Shown here: piece after piece, positions 19,390 to 29,289 of the stretch
Numbering within the stretch: the stretch's first letter is position 1
How the letters are laid out: each line of letters opens with the position of its first letter
Source of the DNA: Bacteroidales bacterium
GTDB taxonomy: Bacteria > Bacteroidota > Bacteroidia > Bacteroidales > UBA10428
Assembly: GCA_016935355.1 (NCBI GenBank)
Contig: JAFGRC010000009.1
Coordinates: forward strand, 16,057 to 80,056
DNA: 64,000 nucleotides
Direction of reading: 5' to 3'
Program-made: the position numbers and the translations under genes
The notes under the pieces: model-generated
What the model saw: the letters and a program-made list of their open reading frames with translations, nothing else
What the model was told of the DNA's origin: nothing
The model's database searches: none

Positions 19390-20436
19390 TTGTTTTTCGC
19401 CACTGCATACAACATTTTGAAAAAACGGCATTTCATATCATTGCTTTTTCTAATCATAAGCTTCGTGTTGGGGTACGGGCAGGATTTACCTTATGCCTGT
19501 GCCGGCAACACGGAGTCCTATGGCGTGACCGGCTGGGAAAACTCGGTTTTTTTCTGGGATGTTGAAGGAGGTGAGATCATTGATGGCCAGGGCAATGATA
19601 CGATTGTCGTCAGGTGGAATTTTAACAGGGGAACGCACCGGATCTCAGTAACCGAGCAGTCTGAATTCGGCTGCTTTGGAATTCCCGTGGAAGCCGAACT
19701 GAATATCCAGGCGCCTGTTGCCGATATAGGAGATGAAGCCGGAGTATGTGCGGGCGACAGCTATGAATTTAATGCAGAGACCAGTTACAGTTATGCGCTG
19801 ACCTATCTTTGGTCGGATAACAGCACCAGTTCCACTCTGATAACCAGTGATCCGGGAACCGTCTGGGTACAGGTTACCGGAGCTGATGGTTGTGTCGATT
19901 ATGATTCTGCCTATCTTGCGCTATTTCCGTTACCTGTTGTGGATCTGGGAAATGACACTGCTTTGTGCGGAAGCGCTACATGGCTTATTGATGCAGGTGA
20001 CTATGCTACCTACCAATGGTCGACCGGGGATATCATCAACCCGATCCTGGTTGATGGCAGACGAAAAGAACCTGAGGTGCTCTGGGTTGAAGTCACTGAT
20101 TTTAATGGATGTAAAGGTTCTGATACTCTTGTGCTTGAAGTGTGCGATGTATACATTTTGTTCGAGAATATGCCCAATACCATTACACCGGGTGATAAAA
20201 ACGGACAAAACGACACATGGGTCATTCCGAATATTGATATGTTCCCGGATGCGGTTCTGGAGATCTATGACCGCTGGGGAAGACTTATATGGAGGACCAC
20301 TGATATTCACAACAATCCCTGGAACGGAGAATCATTGTCGGGTAAGGAAATGCCTATGGATGCCTACTATTTTGTGCTTGACTTAAAAATCTCGCATATT
20401 GATCCCTTAACGGGCTATATAAACCTCATCCGGTAA
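19390..20436 (+). CDS. T9SS type-B C-terminal sorting domain protein (gliding motility-associated CTD / CHU_C type) with PKD-like N-terminal modules
   Basis: The C-terminus reads ITPGDKNGQNDTWVIPNIDMFPDAVLEIYDRWGRLIW...WNGESLSGKEMPMDAYYFVLDL, which matches the type-B CTD pattern. There is no in-frame ATG near the 5' end. Candidate TTG starts are at 19390 and 19417; the latter gives (M)KKRHFISLLFLIISFVLGYGQ. Confidence 0.8.
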   Translation: MFFATAYNILKKRHFISLLFLIISFVLGYGQDLPYACAGNTESYGVTGWENSVFFWDVEGGEIIDGQGNDTIVVRWNFNRGTHRISVTEQSEFGCFGIPVEAELNIQAPVADIGDEAGVCAGDSYEFNAETSYSYALTYLWSDNSTSSTLITSDPGTVWVQVTGADGCVDYDSAYLALFPLPVVDLGNDTALCGSATWLIDAGDYATYQWSTGDIINPILVDGRRKEPEVLWVEVTDFNGCKGSDTLVLEVCDVYILFENMPNTITPGDKNGQNDTWVIPNIDMFPDAVLEIYDRWGRLIWRTTDIHNNPWNGESLSGKEMPMDAYYFVLDLKISHIDPLTGYINLIR

Positions 20437-20497
20437 AACAGTTATTTAATGAAAATGCCATATTGTAAAAACCGATACCGAATGTTCTGAGAACCAA

Positions 20498-21535
20498 ATG
20501 AAAAATACAAGATTGCACATAATGGTCCGATTTGCCGTTTTGTTCGTGCTGATGTGTACTTTTAGGTCACATGCACAACAATTGCCTGTTTACAGTCAGT
20601 ACATGATGAATGCTTTTCTCATCAATCCTGCTGTTGCAGGTCATGAAGGCTATACTGCAATCAATGTGACCGCAAGGGAACAGTGGCTCGGAATGCAGGA
20701 TGCCCCGGGAACCTATGCCATCAGTGCTCAAACAAGGATGCTGAGGAACAGTTATATTTCCCGTTCAGCTTCCATCAGAAGGCGCAGAAGGGTCATGTCG
20801 CGCAGCGGCCGTGTCGGATATGGCGGCTATGCATTTACGGATATGGCCGGAGCTTTCAACCGTACCGGGATACAGGGAACCTATAGTTATCATATTGAAT
20901 TTTCGGCATCACAGCTTTCGTTCGGGATTTCCCTGACGGGCTATCAGTTCCGCATCAATGAAGAAAAGATGAACCTGCTTGATCCCGATGACCAGCTATT
21001 ATTGAATACCGAGAAATCAGCACTGATACCGGACGCAAATTTCGGCGTTTATTACACCGATCAGCATCTTTATGCTGGTTTATCTGCCATGCAGTTGTTC
21101 CAGAGCCCGCTTAAACTGGGTGCCGACGAGGATGGTCCGGGATTTAAAATGATGCGGCATTATTTCATTATTGGAGGTTACCGGTTCGAAATAAACCGGG
21201 ATATCCTTCTGGAACCTTCATTCCTGTTTAAGACTACAGAAAAGTTCATTGCACAGATCGACCTGAATGCAAAATTGTATTTCCAGGAGAATTACTGGGT
21301 GGGACTGTCCTATCGTTCAGGCGGTAGTTACAGCCTGGTAGAGGAATCCTTTAACGGAAAAGGCTCGTCTGCCATCATCATGGGAGGAGTCCGTGTGGAT
21401 AAATTTTATTTCGGATACGCTTTTGACTATACCTTTAACGCCATTGGTGCCCGTACACTCGGTTCACATGAAATCATGGCGGCCGTTAAATTTGGTGATA
21501 ATGCAAGGCGTTACAAATGGCTGAACAGATATTAA
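20498..21535 (+). CDS. PorP/SprF family type IX secretion system membrane protein
   Basis: A signal peptide followed by AQQLPVYSQYMMNAFLINPAVAGHEG, the signature N-terminus of PorP/SprF. The rest is a beta-barrel-like sequence ending in a terminal aromatic residue (NRY). Confidence 0.85.
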   Translation: MKNTRLHIMVRFAVLFVLMCTFRSHAQQLPVYSQYMMNAFLINPAVAGHEGYTAINVTAREQWLGMQDAPGTYAISAQTRMLRNSYISRSASIRRRRRVMSRSGRVGYGGYAFTDMAGAFNRTGIQGTYSYHIEFSASQLSFGISLTGYQFRINEEKMNLLDPDDQLLLNTEKSALIPDANFGVYYTDQHLYAGLSAMQLFQSPLKLGADEDGPGFKMMRHYFIIGGYRFEINRDILLEPSFLFKTTEKFIAQIDLNAKLYFQENYWVGLSYRSGGSYSLVEESFNGKGSSAIIMGGVRVDKFYFGYAFDYTFNAIGARTLGSHEIMAAVKFGDNARRYKWLNRY

Positions 21536-21636
21536 GGTTGAAGCTGCAAAAGCAGCAATGTGGCTGATTTCACAGGGATTAAAGTCAACAGCGGTATTGA
21601 TGTCTATCTTGCACAAGGACAAAATACAGAAAAGGT

Positions 21637-22263
21637 TTATAACATATTCGCTTCCCATATGATCCATGCATATACTGTAAACCGGATAAAACGCGACAAG
21701 GACCACCAGGCATAATTTTTACCCGGATATTTTACCGCTCCAACCAACATGGCTACTGCCGAAAAAGGTACAGGTGTAATTGCAGCAACCAGGATCAGAT
21801 ACAATCCGTAGACCTGCAGAAGCATCTCGGTTCTGCTTAGAAATCGTTTCCGCAGATACTGATACAATCTGGTAGTGTTCAGATAACGTCCGAACAGGTA
21901 GCCCAATATACCTGCCATATAGGATAGAATGGCAAACAATGCCACGTATCCGATATAACCTGACAACTGGCCGGTTCGCAATGCCCAGAGCATAAATAAT
22001 TCAGGGGGGATGATGCCAAAAACGATTTCCGAAACAACAAAAACCATTATGATCAATACGGTCTCTGAAAGAAAGGGTTCAAAACGCAACAGCAACTCTT
22101 TGTCAATATTATGCTTGGCAAAGACAAACAATGCTATGATAAAGGCAAGCCAGATGAATCCTTTCAGCAAATTGCGAAAAAAAAACGTGTATTTACTTCT
22201 TTGGTCTGTCATGTTGGTTATGCCGCTTGAAATGACTGGTCGCGGAGAAGGATGGGTATTCAT
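21637..22263 (-). CDS. DedA/YqaA-like (VTT domain) integral membrane protein
   Basis: Several hydrophobic helices, and the GYLFGRYL motif resembles the DedA/YqaA family. An alternative ATG lies at 22212. Confidence 0.45.
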   Translation of the reverse strand: MNTHPSPRPVISSGITNMTDQRSKYTFFFRNLLKGFIWLAFIIALFVFAKHNIDKELLLRFEPFLSETVLIIMVFVVSEIVFGIIPPELFMLWALRTGQLSGYIGYVALFAILSYMAGILGYLFGRYLNTTRLYQYLRKRFLSRTEMLLQVYGLYLILVAAITPVPFSAVAMLVGAVKYPGKNYAWWSLSRFIRFTVYAWIIWEANML

Positions 22264-22285
22264 GAATGAATGAACTTCATTCGCC

Positions 22286-22924
22286 CTAATGCAGCTTTAC
22301 CCCGATCATATGAATGTATTCTTCCCGGGTGCGGTTATCCTTTAAAAAACAACCTGTAAAGGCGGAAGTTGTAGTTACAGAATTTTGTTTCTGTACTCCG
22401 CGCATGACCATACAAAGATGTTTGGCCTCAATGACCACAGCAACACCCATAGGATTCAGGGTATCCTGAATACAGTCCCGGATCTGCATGGTCAGCCTCT
22501 CCTGGACCTGTAACCTTCGGGCAAATGCTTCCACTACCCTGGCAATTTTACTCAATCCCGTTATATATCCGTTGGGTATATAAGCCACATGAGCCTTTCC
22601 AAAAAAAGGAACCATATGATGCTCACACAACGAGTACAATTCAATATCTTTAACAATGACCATTTGCCTATAGTCCTCATGAAAACGCGAAGCCTGCAAA
22701 ATTTCTGCCGGATCAATATAATATCCGTGTGTAAAATACTGCATAGCCTTTGCCACCCGGTCAGGAGTCTTTAGAAGACCTTCCCTGTTTGGATCTTCGC
22801 CCAGGTTGGACAATACTTTTCTGTACAACGCAGCAAGTGATTTCGTCTTGCGGCCATTGAACTTGTCAATTCTTTCAAATCCTGTTTCAGAAATGCCTTC
22901 CAGTACTATTTTCCTTGTTTCCAT
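22286..22924 (-). CDS. folE: GTP cyclohydrolase I
   Basis: Motifs [32 protein letters not shown] and HLCMVMRGV. Confidence 0.9.
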   Translation of the reverse strand: METRKIVLEGISETGFERIDKFNGRKTKSLAALYRKVLSNLGEDPNREGLLKTPDRVAKAMQYFTHGYYIDPAEILQASRFHEDYRQMVIVKDIELYSLCEHHMVPFFGKAHVAYIPNGYITGLSKIARVVEAFARRLQVQERLTMQIRDCIQDTLNPMGVAVVIEAKHLCMVMRGVQKQNSVTTTSAFTGCFLKDNRTREEYIHMIGVKLH

Positions 22925-22973
22925 ATTGGTGCTTCAATGATTCTGATCAATTGGCCTTTTTTGCGATACGAAC

Positions 22974-22981
22974 CAAAAATA
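22974..22981 (-). promoter_or_regulatory. candidate Bacteroidota -7 promoter element (TAnnTTTG) for folE
   Basis: The minus strand reads TATTTTTG about 50 nt upstream of the folE ATG. This is a motif match only. Confidence 0.3.
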
Positions 22982-23168
22982 TTATAACTTTAGAACGTTC
23001 AGCTGTCGACAAATTTAACCCGAATAATTCACAAATTAATTATTAAAGTGTTTAATTATTCTGAAGAAAAGGCAAAGCTGACATTTTTACCGGAGTTTGC
23101 TTTTATAACAAAATCTTTCATCCGGGTTGAATATCTTTATACCGACCTTAAATAAAATAGAATTGCTC

Positions 23169-23852
23169 ATGAAAATCCTTATTGTTGCCGCTACGAACAA
23201 TGAAGTGAAGGAATTGCGTGACAAACTTGAATTGATCGCGAAACTGAATGACAATTTATACAACTACCGCCTGGGTATGCTGGATATTGACATTCTTGTT
23301 ACAGGTCACGGAAGTGTATTTATGACATATCACCTGCTTAAAACATTCAGCATTTTTAATTATGATCTTGCAATCAATGCAGGGATTGCAGGAAGTTTTG
23401 ACTACTTTCTCGAGCTGGGCTTTGTCGTGAATGTTGTTCAGGATGAGTTTGCCGACCTGGGATTTGAGGATAAGGATTCCTTTTTTACACTCAGCGAAAA
23501 AGAAATGCTTAAAGAAGATTCATTTCCGTTTACGGGTGAAGTATTGCGCAGCATTGGCACATTTGAGCTGACAGAAGTGGATTCCCTTATCCCGGTTAAA
23601 GCCTTCACAGTTAATACAATGCATGAAAAAATGGAAAATATTCAGAAATTAAAGTCCAAATTCAGTTGTGAAATTGTCACCATGGAAGGCGCCGCATTTT
23701 TTTATGTTTGCCTGATGGAAAAAATACCTTTCCTCCAAATTCGTGCAATATCATATTTTGTGGAACTCCGTAAAGTCGAAAACTGGAATTTTTCATTGGC
23801 GATCAAAAATCTTAGCGCTTCCGTATTTGATATTCTGATGTCTTTACAGTGA
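23169..23852 (+). CDS. nucleoside phosphorylase-fold hydrolase, futalosine hydrolase (MqnB)-like
   Basis: MKILIVAATNNEV... together with ...EGAAFFYVC resembles the MqnB/MTA-SAH nucleosidase family. The track start at 23127 is a TTG; the ATG is at 23169. Confidence 0.5.
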   Translation: MKILIVAATNNEVKELRDKLELIAKLNDNLYNYRLGMLDIDILVTGHGSVFMTYHLLKTFSIFNYDLAINAGIAGSFDYFLELGFVVNVVQDEFADLGFEDKDSFFTLSEKEMLKEDSFPFTGEVLRSIGTFELTEVDSLIPVKAFTVNTMHEKMENIQKLKSKFSCEIVTMEGAAFFYVCLMEKIPFLQIRAISYFVELRKVENWNFSLAIKNLSASVFDILMSLQ

Positions 23853-23890
23853 AACCAGTTGTAAAATAACCGAAGATATATTCAATAAAT

Positions 23891-24856
23891 ATGATCGCAA
23901 TAACAGGTGCCGCAGGTTTTATTGCAAGCAACCTGATCGGCAGCTTTAATTTGAGCAAGATACACGGGATTATCGTTGTGGACAGATTTACAAGCGAAAA
24001 GAAAAATAAAAATCTGGCTGACAAACACTATCATGAGCAGATCGACCGTGATCATTTCATTTCATGGTTCGTTAAAAACCACCAGTCCGTTGAGTTTGTC
24101 TTTCATCTTGGAGCAAGGACGGATACAACTGAGTTCAGAAAAAGTGTTTTCGACAGGCTGAATCTGGAATATTCAAAGAGGATATGGGAGATCTGCTCGA
24201 AATGCTCCATTCCTCTTGTATATGCCTCTTCAGCTGCCACATATGGCATGGGAGAATTGGGCTATCACGATGTACATGAGATCATACCCCGATTGAAACC
24301 CCTGAATCCTTATGGTGATTCCAAAAATGAATTTGACAAATGGGTGCTGAAACAAACGGATACGCCTCCATACTGGACAGGACTGAAATTTTTCAATGTA
24401 TACGGTCCGAATGAATATCATAAAGGCAGAATGGCATCGGTCGTTTATCACGCTTATGAGCAAATTAGAAAACGAGGTGTAATGAGGTTGTTCAGATCAC
24501 ACAGGATTGATGTGGCTGACGGTGAACAAAAGCGCGATTTTATATATGTCAGGGATGTCGTGGATGTAATGTTGTTTTTTTATCATAACAGACCTGATTC
24601 AGGCATTTACAATGTTGGAACCGGCCGGGCCCGGTCTTTTCTGGAACTGACAAAAGTCACTTTCAGTGCATTGAACATGGTACCCAATATTGAGTTCATC
24701 GATACCCCGGCCGATATCAGGGATACTTATCAGTATTTTACGGAAGCCGACATGAAGAAGCTATACCGCTCGGGGTATACCGGTGAATTTACGCCTCTTG
24801 ACAAAGGAGTGAAGGATTACCTGCAAAATTACCTGATCCCACATAAGTACCGTTAA
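23891..24856 (+). CDS. hldD: ADP-L-glycero-D-manno-heptose 6-epimerase
   Basis: ITGAAGFIASN Rossmann motif, YASSAATYG, and FNVYGPNEYHKGRMASVVYH, which closely matches the HldD/RfaD signature. Confidence 0.8.
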   Translation: MIAITGAAGFIASNLIGSFNLSKIHGIIVVDRFTSEKKNKNLADKHYHEQIDRDHFISWFVKNHQSVEFVFHLGARTDTTEFRKSVFDRLNLEYSKRIWEICSKCSIPLVYASSAATYGMGELGYHDVHEIIPRLKPLNPYGDSKNEFDKWVLKQTDTPPYWTGLKFFNVYGPNEYHKGRMASVVYHAYEQIRKRGVMRLFRSHRIDVADGEQKRDFIYVRDVVDVMLFFYHNRPDSGIYNVGTGRARSFLELTKVTFSALNMVPNIEFIDTPADIRDTYQYFTEADMKKLYRSGYTGEFTPLDKGVKDYLQNYLIPHKYR

Positions 24857-25048
24857 TGAAAAAAAAAGGATGAAGGGATTCAGGTGATGGGTCTGCTGAC
24901 CCAAATATGTTATCAGTACAAAGCAATGAAGGTAATGATCGATAAGATAACGAATACTTTTGTATCAACATAAACAGCTCACCATTGTTGTATATTGTAA
25001 GTGATTCTGTACTTGTTAAATGAACAATTAACATGTATAAAAGTTTAG

Positions 25049-25056
25049 TATTTTTG
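25049..25056 (+). promoter_or_regulatory. candidate Bacteroidota -7 promoter element (TAnnTTTG) for sucAB
   Basis: TATTTTTG lies 43 nt upstream of the sucA ATG, inside a 242-bp intergenic region. This is a motif match only. Confidence 0.3.
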
Positions 25057-25098
25057 ATATACATTTACAACGGTACGCAATAAGAAGGGACTGCAGCA

Positions 25099-27915
25099 AT
25101 GGACAAGTTTTCTTTCATAGATCAGGGCAATATTGATTCCATAGAAAACCTCTACAGTCAATATGAAAACAATCCCGGTCTGGTGGATCAAAGCTGGCGG
25201 CACTTTTTTCAGGGGTTTGAATTCGCCAGGCAACTGTATCCAGATCCGCCTGCTGAAAATACAGATCATCTGGACAAAGAATTCAGGGTACTGAACTACA
25301 TCGATGCATTCCGGAAACGGGGTCATCTGTTTACAACTACGAATCCCGTGAGGACGAGGAGAAAATACCTGCCTGCCCTCGATCCCGAAAATTATGGACT
25401 GAATGAACCGGATTTGAATAAGGTTTTCCATGCCGGGACTGAAATTGGGCTGGGCAATTCATATTTAAAGGATATTATATCCCATCTGCAGGAAACTTAT
25501 TGTCAATCAATTGGATCCGAATTTATGTTTATCCGCAATCCTGAAAAAATCGACTGGCTTATAAAACGAATTGAAAGCTCCAGGAACAGGACAGTTTTCA
25601 GCGAACATGACAGGAAGCAGATTTTTTCACATTTGTTAAAAGCTGTGGGATTTGAAAATTTTATTCATAAGAAATTTACCGGTCAAAAACGCTTTTCGCT
25701 TGAAGGAACTGAGACGCTTATACCTGCTCTGTACTATCTGATCGAGAAAGGTTCAGATCTGGGCGTGGAAGAATGCTTTATCGGAATGGCCCATCGCGGA
25801 AGATTGAATGTACTGGCCAATGTTCTGGAAAAACCGTATGAGAAGATCTTTCAGGAGTTTGTGGCTGAGGAATATGAAGATTCCATAGCCCTGGGAGACG
25901 TCAAATACCATCTCGGATATTGTAATCAGATCCGGTTGAACAATGGGAACAGCATTGCCCTGCACCTGGTTCCGAATGCTGCACATCTTGAATCGGTTTC
26001 ACCAATAACTCAAGGCATTACAAGAGCCAAGATCGATCATAAGTTCGGAGGAGATGTTGCACGGGCACTTCCGGTACTCATACACGGTGATGCAGCTATA
26101 GCGGGACAGGGAATCGTATATGAGGTTGTTCAGATGTCAGAGCTGAGCGGATATAAAACCGGCGGAACCATCCATATAATCATTAACAATCAGGTAGGTT
26201 TTACCACGAACTACCTGGATGCCAGGTCCAGCACATATTGCACCGATATTGGAAAAGTGATCAAAGCGCCTATTTTTCATGTGAACGGGGATGATGTTGA
26301 AGCGCTGGTGCATACGGTCAGGCTGGCAATGGAATACCGGCAGGTATTCCATACTGACGTTTTTATTGATATTCTTTCATACCGTAAATACGGGCATAAC
26401 GAAGGTGACGAGCCCAGGTACACACAACCCACGCTATACCGGGCTATTGAAAATCATCCCAATCCCAGGGATATTTATGCGCAGATGCTTATCGGACAAA
26501 ATATTTACACATCAGGAGAGATTGCAGAAAAAGAGGAGGAATTCTACGATTTTCTGGAAGAAAAACTTCAGGTTTCCAAAAGCATGGGAAAAGTTGATAT
26601 TCAGCAGTTCCTGTATGGTGACTGGAAAAAATATAAACATGCAGACCTTGCTGATTTTAGCAGACAGGTTCCCGGTAAATTGTCCAAAAAGTTTCTGCAA
26701 CAAATAGCGAGGCGAGTAAATTATTTACCCCGGGATAAAAAATTTATTGACAAAACCAATCGGCTGATAAAAAACAGGATCAAGATGTTGCTTGATCAAA
26801 AAGTGGATTGGGCGCTTGCTGAGTTAATGGCTTACGGAACACTTGTTTATGAAGGTTACCCCGTCAGGCTAAGCGGACAGGATTCTATCCGGGGTACTTT
26901 CTCGCACCGGCATGCTTCGCATGTGATTGAGGATACTGATGATGCATATACTCCTTTGAAATATGTGGATAAAAATCAGGCATCCTTTAACATATACAAT
27001 TCACCGTTAAATGAGTACGGAACACTTGGCTTTGAATACGGATACGCATTGGCGGCACCACAAGGGCTGACCATCTGGGAAGCACAGTATGGCGATTTTG
27101 CCAATGTTGCCCAGGTGATCATAGATCAGTACATCAGTTCCGCTGAAGAAAAATGGGGATTGATGAACGGTATTGTTCTGTTCCTGCCGCACGGATATGA
27201 AGGTCAGGGACCTGAGCATTCAAGTGCTAGGATAGAAAGGTTTTTGCTGCTGGCTGCACGCAACAACATGCAGATCGTGAATCCCACCACACCCGCTAAC
27301 ATGTTTCACATACTCCGGCAGAGTGTCAGAAGGGATTTCCGTGTACCACTGATCATTTTTACGCCCAAAAGTCTCCTGCGTCATCCCGGATGCATTTCAC
27401 AACTGGATGAACTTGCCGAAGGCCGCTTCCAGGAAGTTATCGAAGATCATAATGTGGATCATGAGGAAGTCAGGCGGCTTGTATTCTGCACAGGTAAGAT
27501 ATATTATGATCTGGCTTCAAGAAAGGAGGAACTTCTGGCAAAAGATGTTGCAATCGTCCGCATTGAACAGTTGCATCCGTTTCCGCTCCACCGAGTCCGA
27601 ACCGTCATTAGTCAATTTCCCAATCTTGTGCTGACATTGTGGGTGCAGGAAGAACCTGTAAACATGGGAGCCTGGAGACACATCCGGCATGAATTCAGAG
27701 ATCATGAGATCATTCCCGTTTGCAGACAGGCAAGCGGAAGTACTGCAACCGGACTTACCAAAATACACAAGCGCAGTCAGGAAGAAATCATCAACAAGGT
27801 CTTTCGCAAATGTGTTTGTGAACTTAAGAATCGTTACTGCGGATTGCAATGTCCGGATGGCAGTATACGTGAGCAGATCCTGAAAGAGTACGGCTATTTT
27901 TCAGAAATATCATGA
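25099..27915 (+). CDS. sucA: 2-oxoglutarate dehydrogenase E1 component
   Basis: 938 aa. Motifs GMAHRGRLNVLAN, HGDAAIAGQG, YRKYGHNEGDEP and GQDSIRGTFSHRHA. Confidence 0.92.
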   Translation: MDKFSFIDQGNIDSIENLYSQYENNPGLVDQSWRHFFQGFEFARQLYPDPPAENTDHLDKEFRVLNYIDAFRKRGHLFTTTNPVRTRRKYLPALDPENYGLNEPDLNKVFHAGTEIGLGNSYLKDIISHLQETYCQSIGSEFMFIRNPEKIDWLIKRIESSRNRTVFSEHDRKQIFSHLLKAVGFENFIHKKFTGQKRFSLEGTETLIPALYYLIEKGSDLGVEECFIGMAHRGRLNVLANVLEKPYEKIFQEFVAEEYEDSIALGDVKYHLGYCNQIRLNNGNSIALHLVPNAAHLESVSPITQGITRAKIDHKFGGDVARALPVLIHGDAAIAGQGIVYEVVQMSELSGYKTGGTIHIIINNQVGFTTNYLDARSSTYCTDIGKVIKAPIFHVNGDDVEALVHTVRLAMEYRQVFHTDVFIDILSYRKYGHNEGDEPRYTQPTLYRAIENHPNPRDIYAQMLIGQNIYTSGEIAEKEEEFYDFLEEKLQVSKSMGKVDIQQFLYGDWKKYKHADLADFSRQVPGKLSKKFLQQIARRVNYLPRDKKFIDKTNRLIKNRIKMLLDQKVDWALAELMAYGTLVYEGYPVRLSGQDSIRGTFSHRHASHVIEDTDDAYTPLKYVDKNQASFNIYNSPLNEYGTLGFEYGYALAAPQGLTIWEAQYGDFANVAQVIIDQYISSAEEKWGLMNGIVLFLPHGYEGQGPEHSSARIERFLLLAARNNMQIVNPTTPANMFHILRQSVRRDFRVPLIIFTPKSLLRHPGCISQLDELAEGRFQEVIEDHNVDHEEVRRLVFCTGKIYYDLASRKEELLAKDVAIVRIEQLHPFPLHRVRTVISQFPNLVLTLWVQEEPVNMGAWRHIRHEFRDHEIIPVCRQASGSTATGLTKIHKRSQEEIINKVFRKCVCELKNRYCGLQCPDGSIREQILKEYGYFSEIS

Positions 27916-27936
27916 TAAGTCAAACGAAGAACTGCA

Positions 27937-29193
27937 ATGACCATTGAGATCAGGATACCAAGTCCGGGAGAATCGGTCACGGAAGTTGCCATCGGGCGCT
28001 GGCTGGTGGAGGACAATGAATACGTTGAAAAGGATCAGGAGGTTGCAGAAGTTGAAACGGATAAAGCAACGCTTCCTCTGATATCACCTGAAGCTGGTGT
28101 CATTCAGATCCTTGTCCGGCCCGGTAAGAAATTGCAGGCCGGTGACGTTGCCTGCAAGGTTCATACTGAAGTCAGAACGGATATTCCCGGCGAGGGAAGC
28201 AAAACAGGCAAAAGGACTGGTTCAGGTGGAAAGCAAAACGATTCCTCATCAGATGCAGCAAAAAAAGCGACCAGGGAACAGGCAACAGGCATTTCCTCAC
28301 ATAGTCCGAAAAAGCAACATGATCAGATAAAAGTAACTCCATTGGCAAAGAAAGTCATGGAAGAAAACAACCTGAACCTGGAAGAGATCATAAACGGACT
28401 GAAGAAACTGACCCGTCGTGAGGTTGAACTGGTGATCCAAAATACGTCTCTTCCTGATGACAGCATACCTTCTGCTGATCCCGGGGAACGCAGCAAACAG
28501 ATCACGCCAATGTCACCATTGCGGCGCAAGCTAAGCAGGAGGCTGGTTGCTGTAAAGAATGAAACAGCCATGCTGACGACATTTAATGAAGTTGATATGA
28601 GCGCTTTGCTTGGTACGAGGAAAAAATACCAGCAGCAATTTGCGGAGCGGTTTGGGATGAAGCTGGGACTGGTGTCCTTTTTTGTAAAAGCTTGTGCTGC
28701 TGCACTCATGGATTTTCCCAGGGTAAATTCAATGATCGATGGCGATCAGATCATCACGCCCGGTTATGTTGATATTTCCTTTGCCGTACAAACGGAAAAA
28801 GGACTCATGGTTCCTGTCATTAATAATGCACAAAAACTTTCCATTTCAGAAATTGAAAGATCAATTGCAATCCTTGCTGAAAAAGCCAGGAACGGAAAAC
28901 TTTCCATTGAAGAAATGACAGGAGGGACATTTACGGTAACCAATGGCGGTGTATTTGGTTCCATGCTCTCTACCCCGATCATAAATCCCCCCCAATCTGC
29001 CATACTGGGTATGCATAACATTGTCAAGCGTCCGGTAGTCGTTCAGGATCAAATCGTGGTCAGACCTGTTATGTATCTTGCACTTTCTTATGACCACCGT
29101 CTTATAGACGGCAAGGAATCAGTCGGTTTTCTGGTCAGGGTAAAGGAACTTATCGAAAATCCGGCAATCATGATGAAGGATGATTTTGAATAG
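27937..29193 (+). CDS. sucB: dihydrolipoyllysine-residue succinyltransferase (2-oxoglutarate dehydrogenase E2)
   Basis: N-terminal lipoyl domain (VETDKATL), a linker, a peripheral subunit-binding domain, and a catalytic domain with SYDHRLIDG. Confidence 0.9.
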   Translation: MTIEIRIPSPGESVTEVAIGRWLVEDNEYVEKDQEVAEVETDKATLPLISPEAGVIQILVRPGKKLQAGDVACKVHTEVRTDIPGEGSKTGKRTGSGGKQNDSSSDAAKKATREQATGISSHSPKKQHDQIKVTPLAKKVMEENNLNLEEIINGLKKLTRREVELVIQNTSLPDDSIPSADPGERSKQITPMSPLRRKLSRRLVAVKNETAMLTTFNEVDMSALLGTRKKYQQQFAERFGMKLGLVSFFVKACAAALMDFPRVNSMIDGDQIITPGYVDISFAVQTEKGLMVPVINNAQKLSISEIERSIAILAEKARNGKLSIEEMTGGTFTVTNGGVFGSMLSTPIINPPQSAILGMHNIVKRPVVVQDQIVVRPVMYLALSYDHRLIDGKESVGFLVRVKELIENPAIMMKDDFE

Positions 29194-29289
29194 ACCTTAT
29201 CGGGACTTTACCGTCTCGGCATAATGAAACTTGCATTATTTTTGCTTTCAGCATATAATTCTGACAACCATTATCCAAACGCTAGCCAT

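Noticed and set aside
19847-20386. A 179-aa alternative-frame ORF and minus-strand ORFs inside the type-B CTD gene.
   Set aside because: The frame carrying the PKD-like modules and the CTD signature is clearly the coding one. The alternatives are Arg/Cys/Met-rich nonsense.
21543-21556. The GCTGC-AAAA-GCAGC hairpin after the PorP/SprF gene as a terminator; similarly TGGGTC-TGCT-GACCCA after hldD (~24886-24901) and nested hairpins at 4430-4477 between the convergent hydrolase and carB genes.
   Set aside because: The stems are only 5-8 bp, without a following U-tract or with very large loops. That is too weak to call as terminators, although they sit in plausible positions.
22177-22185. An A9/T9 homopolymer in the 5' coding region of the DedA/YqaA-like gene, as a possible phase-variation tract.
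   Set aside because: It simply encodes FFF in an intact frame of a housekeeping-type membrane protein. There is no supporting context.
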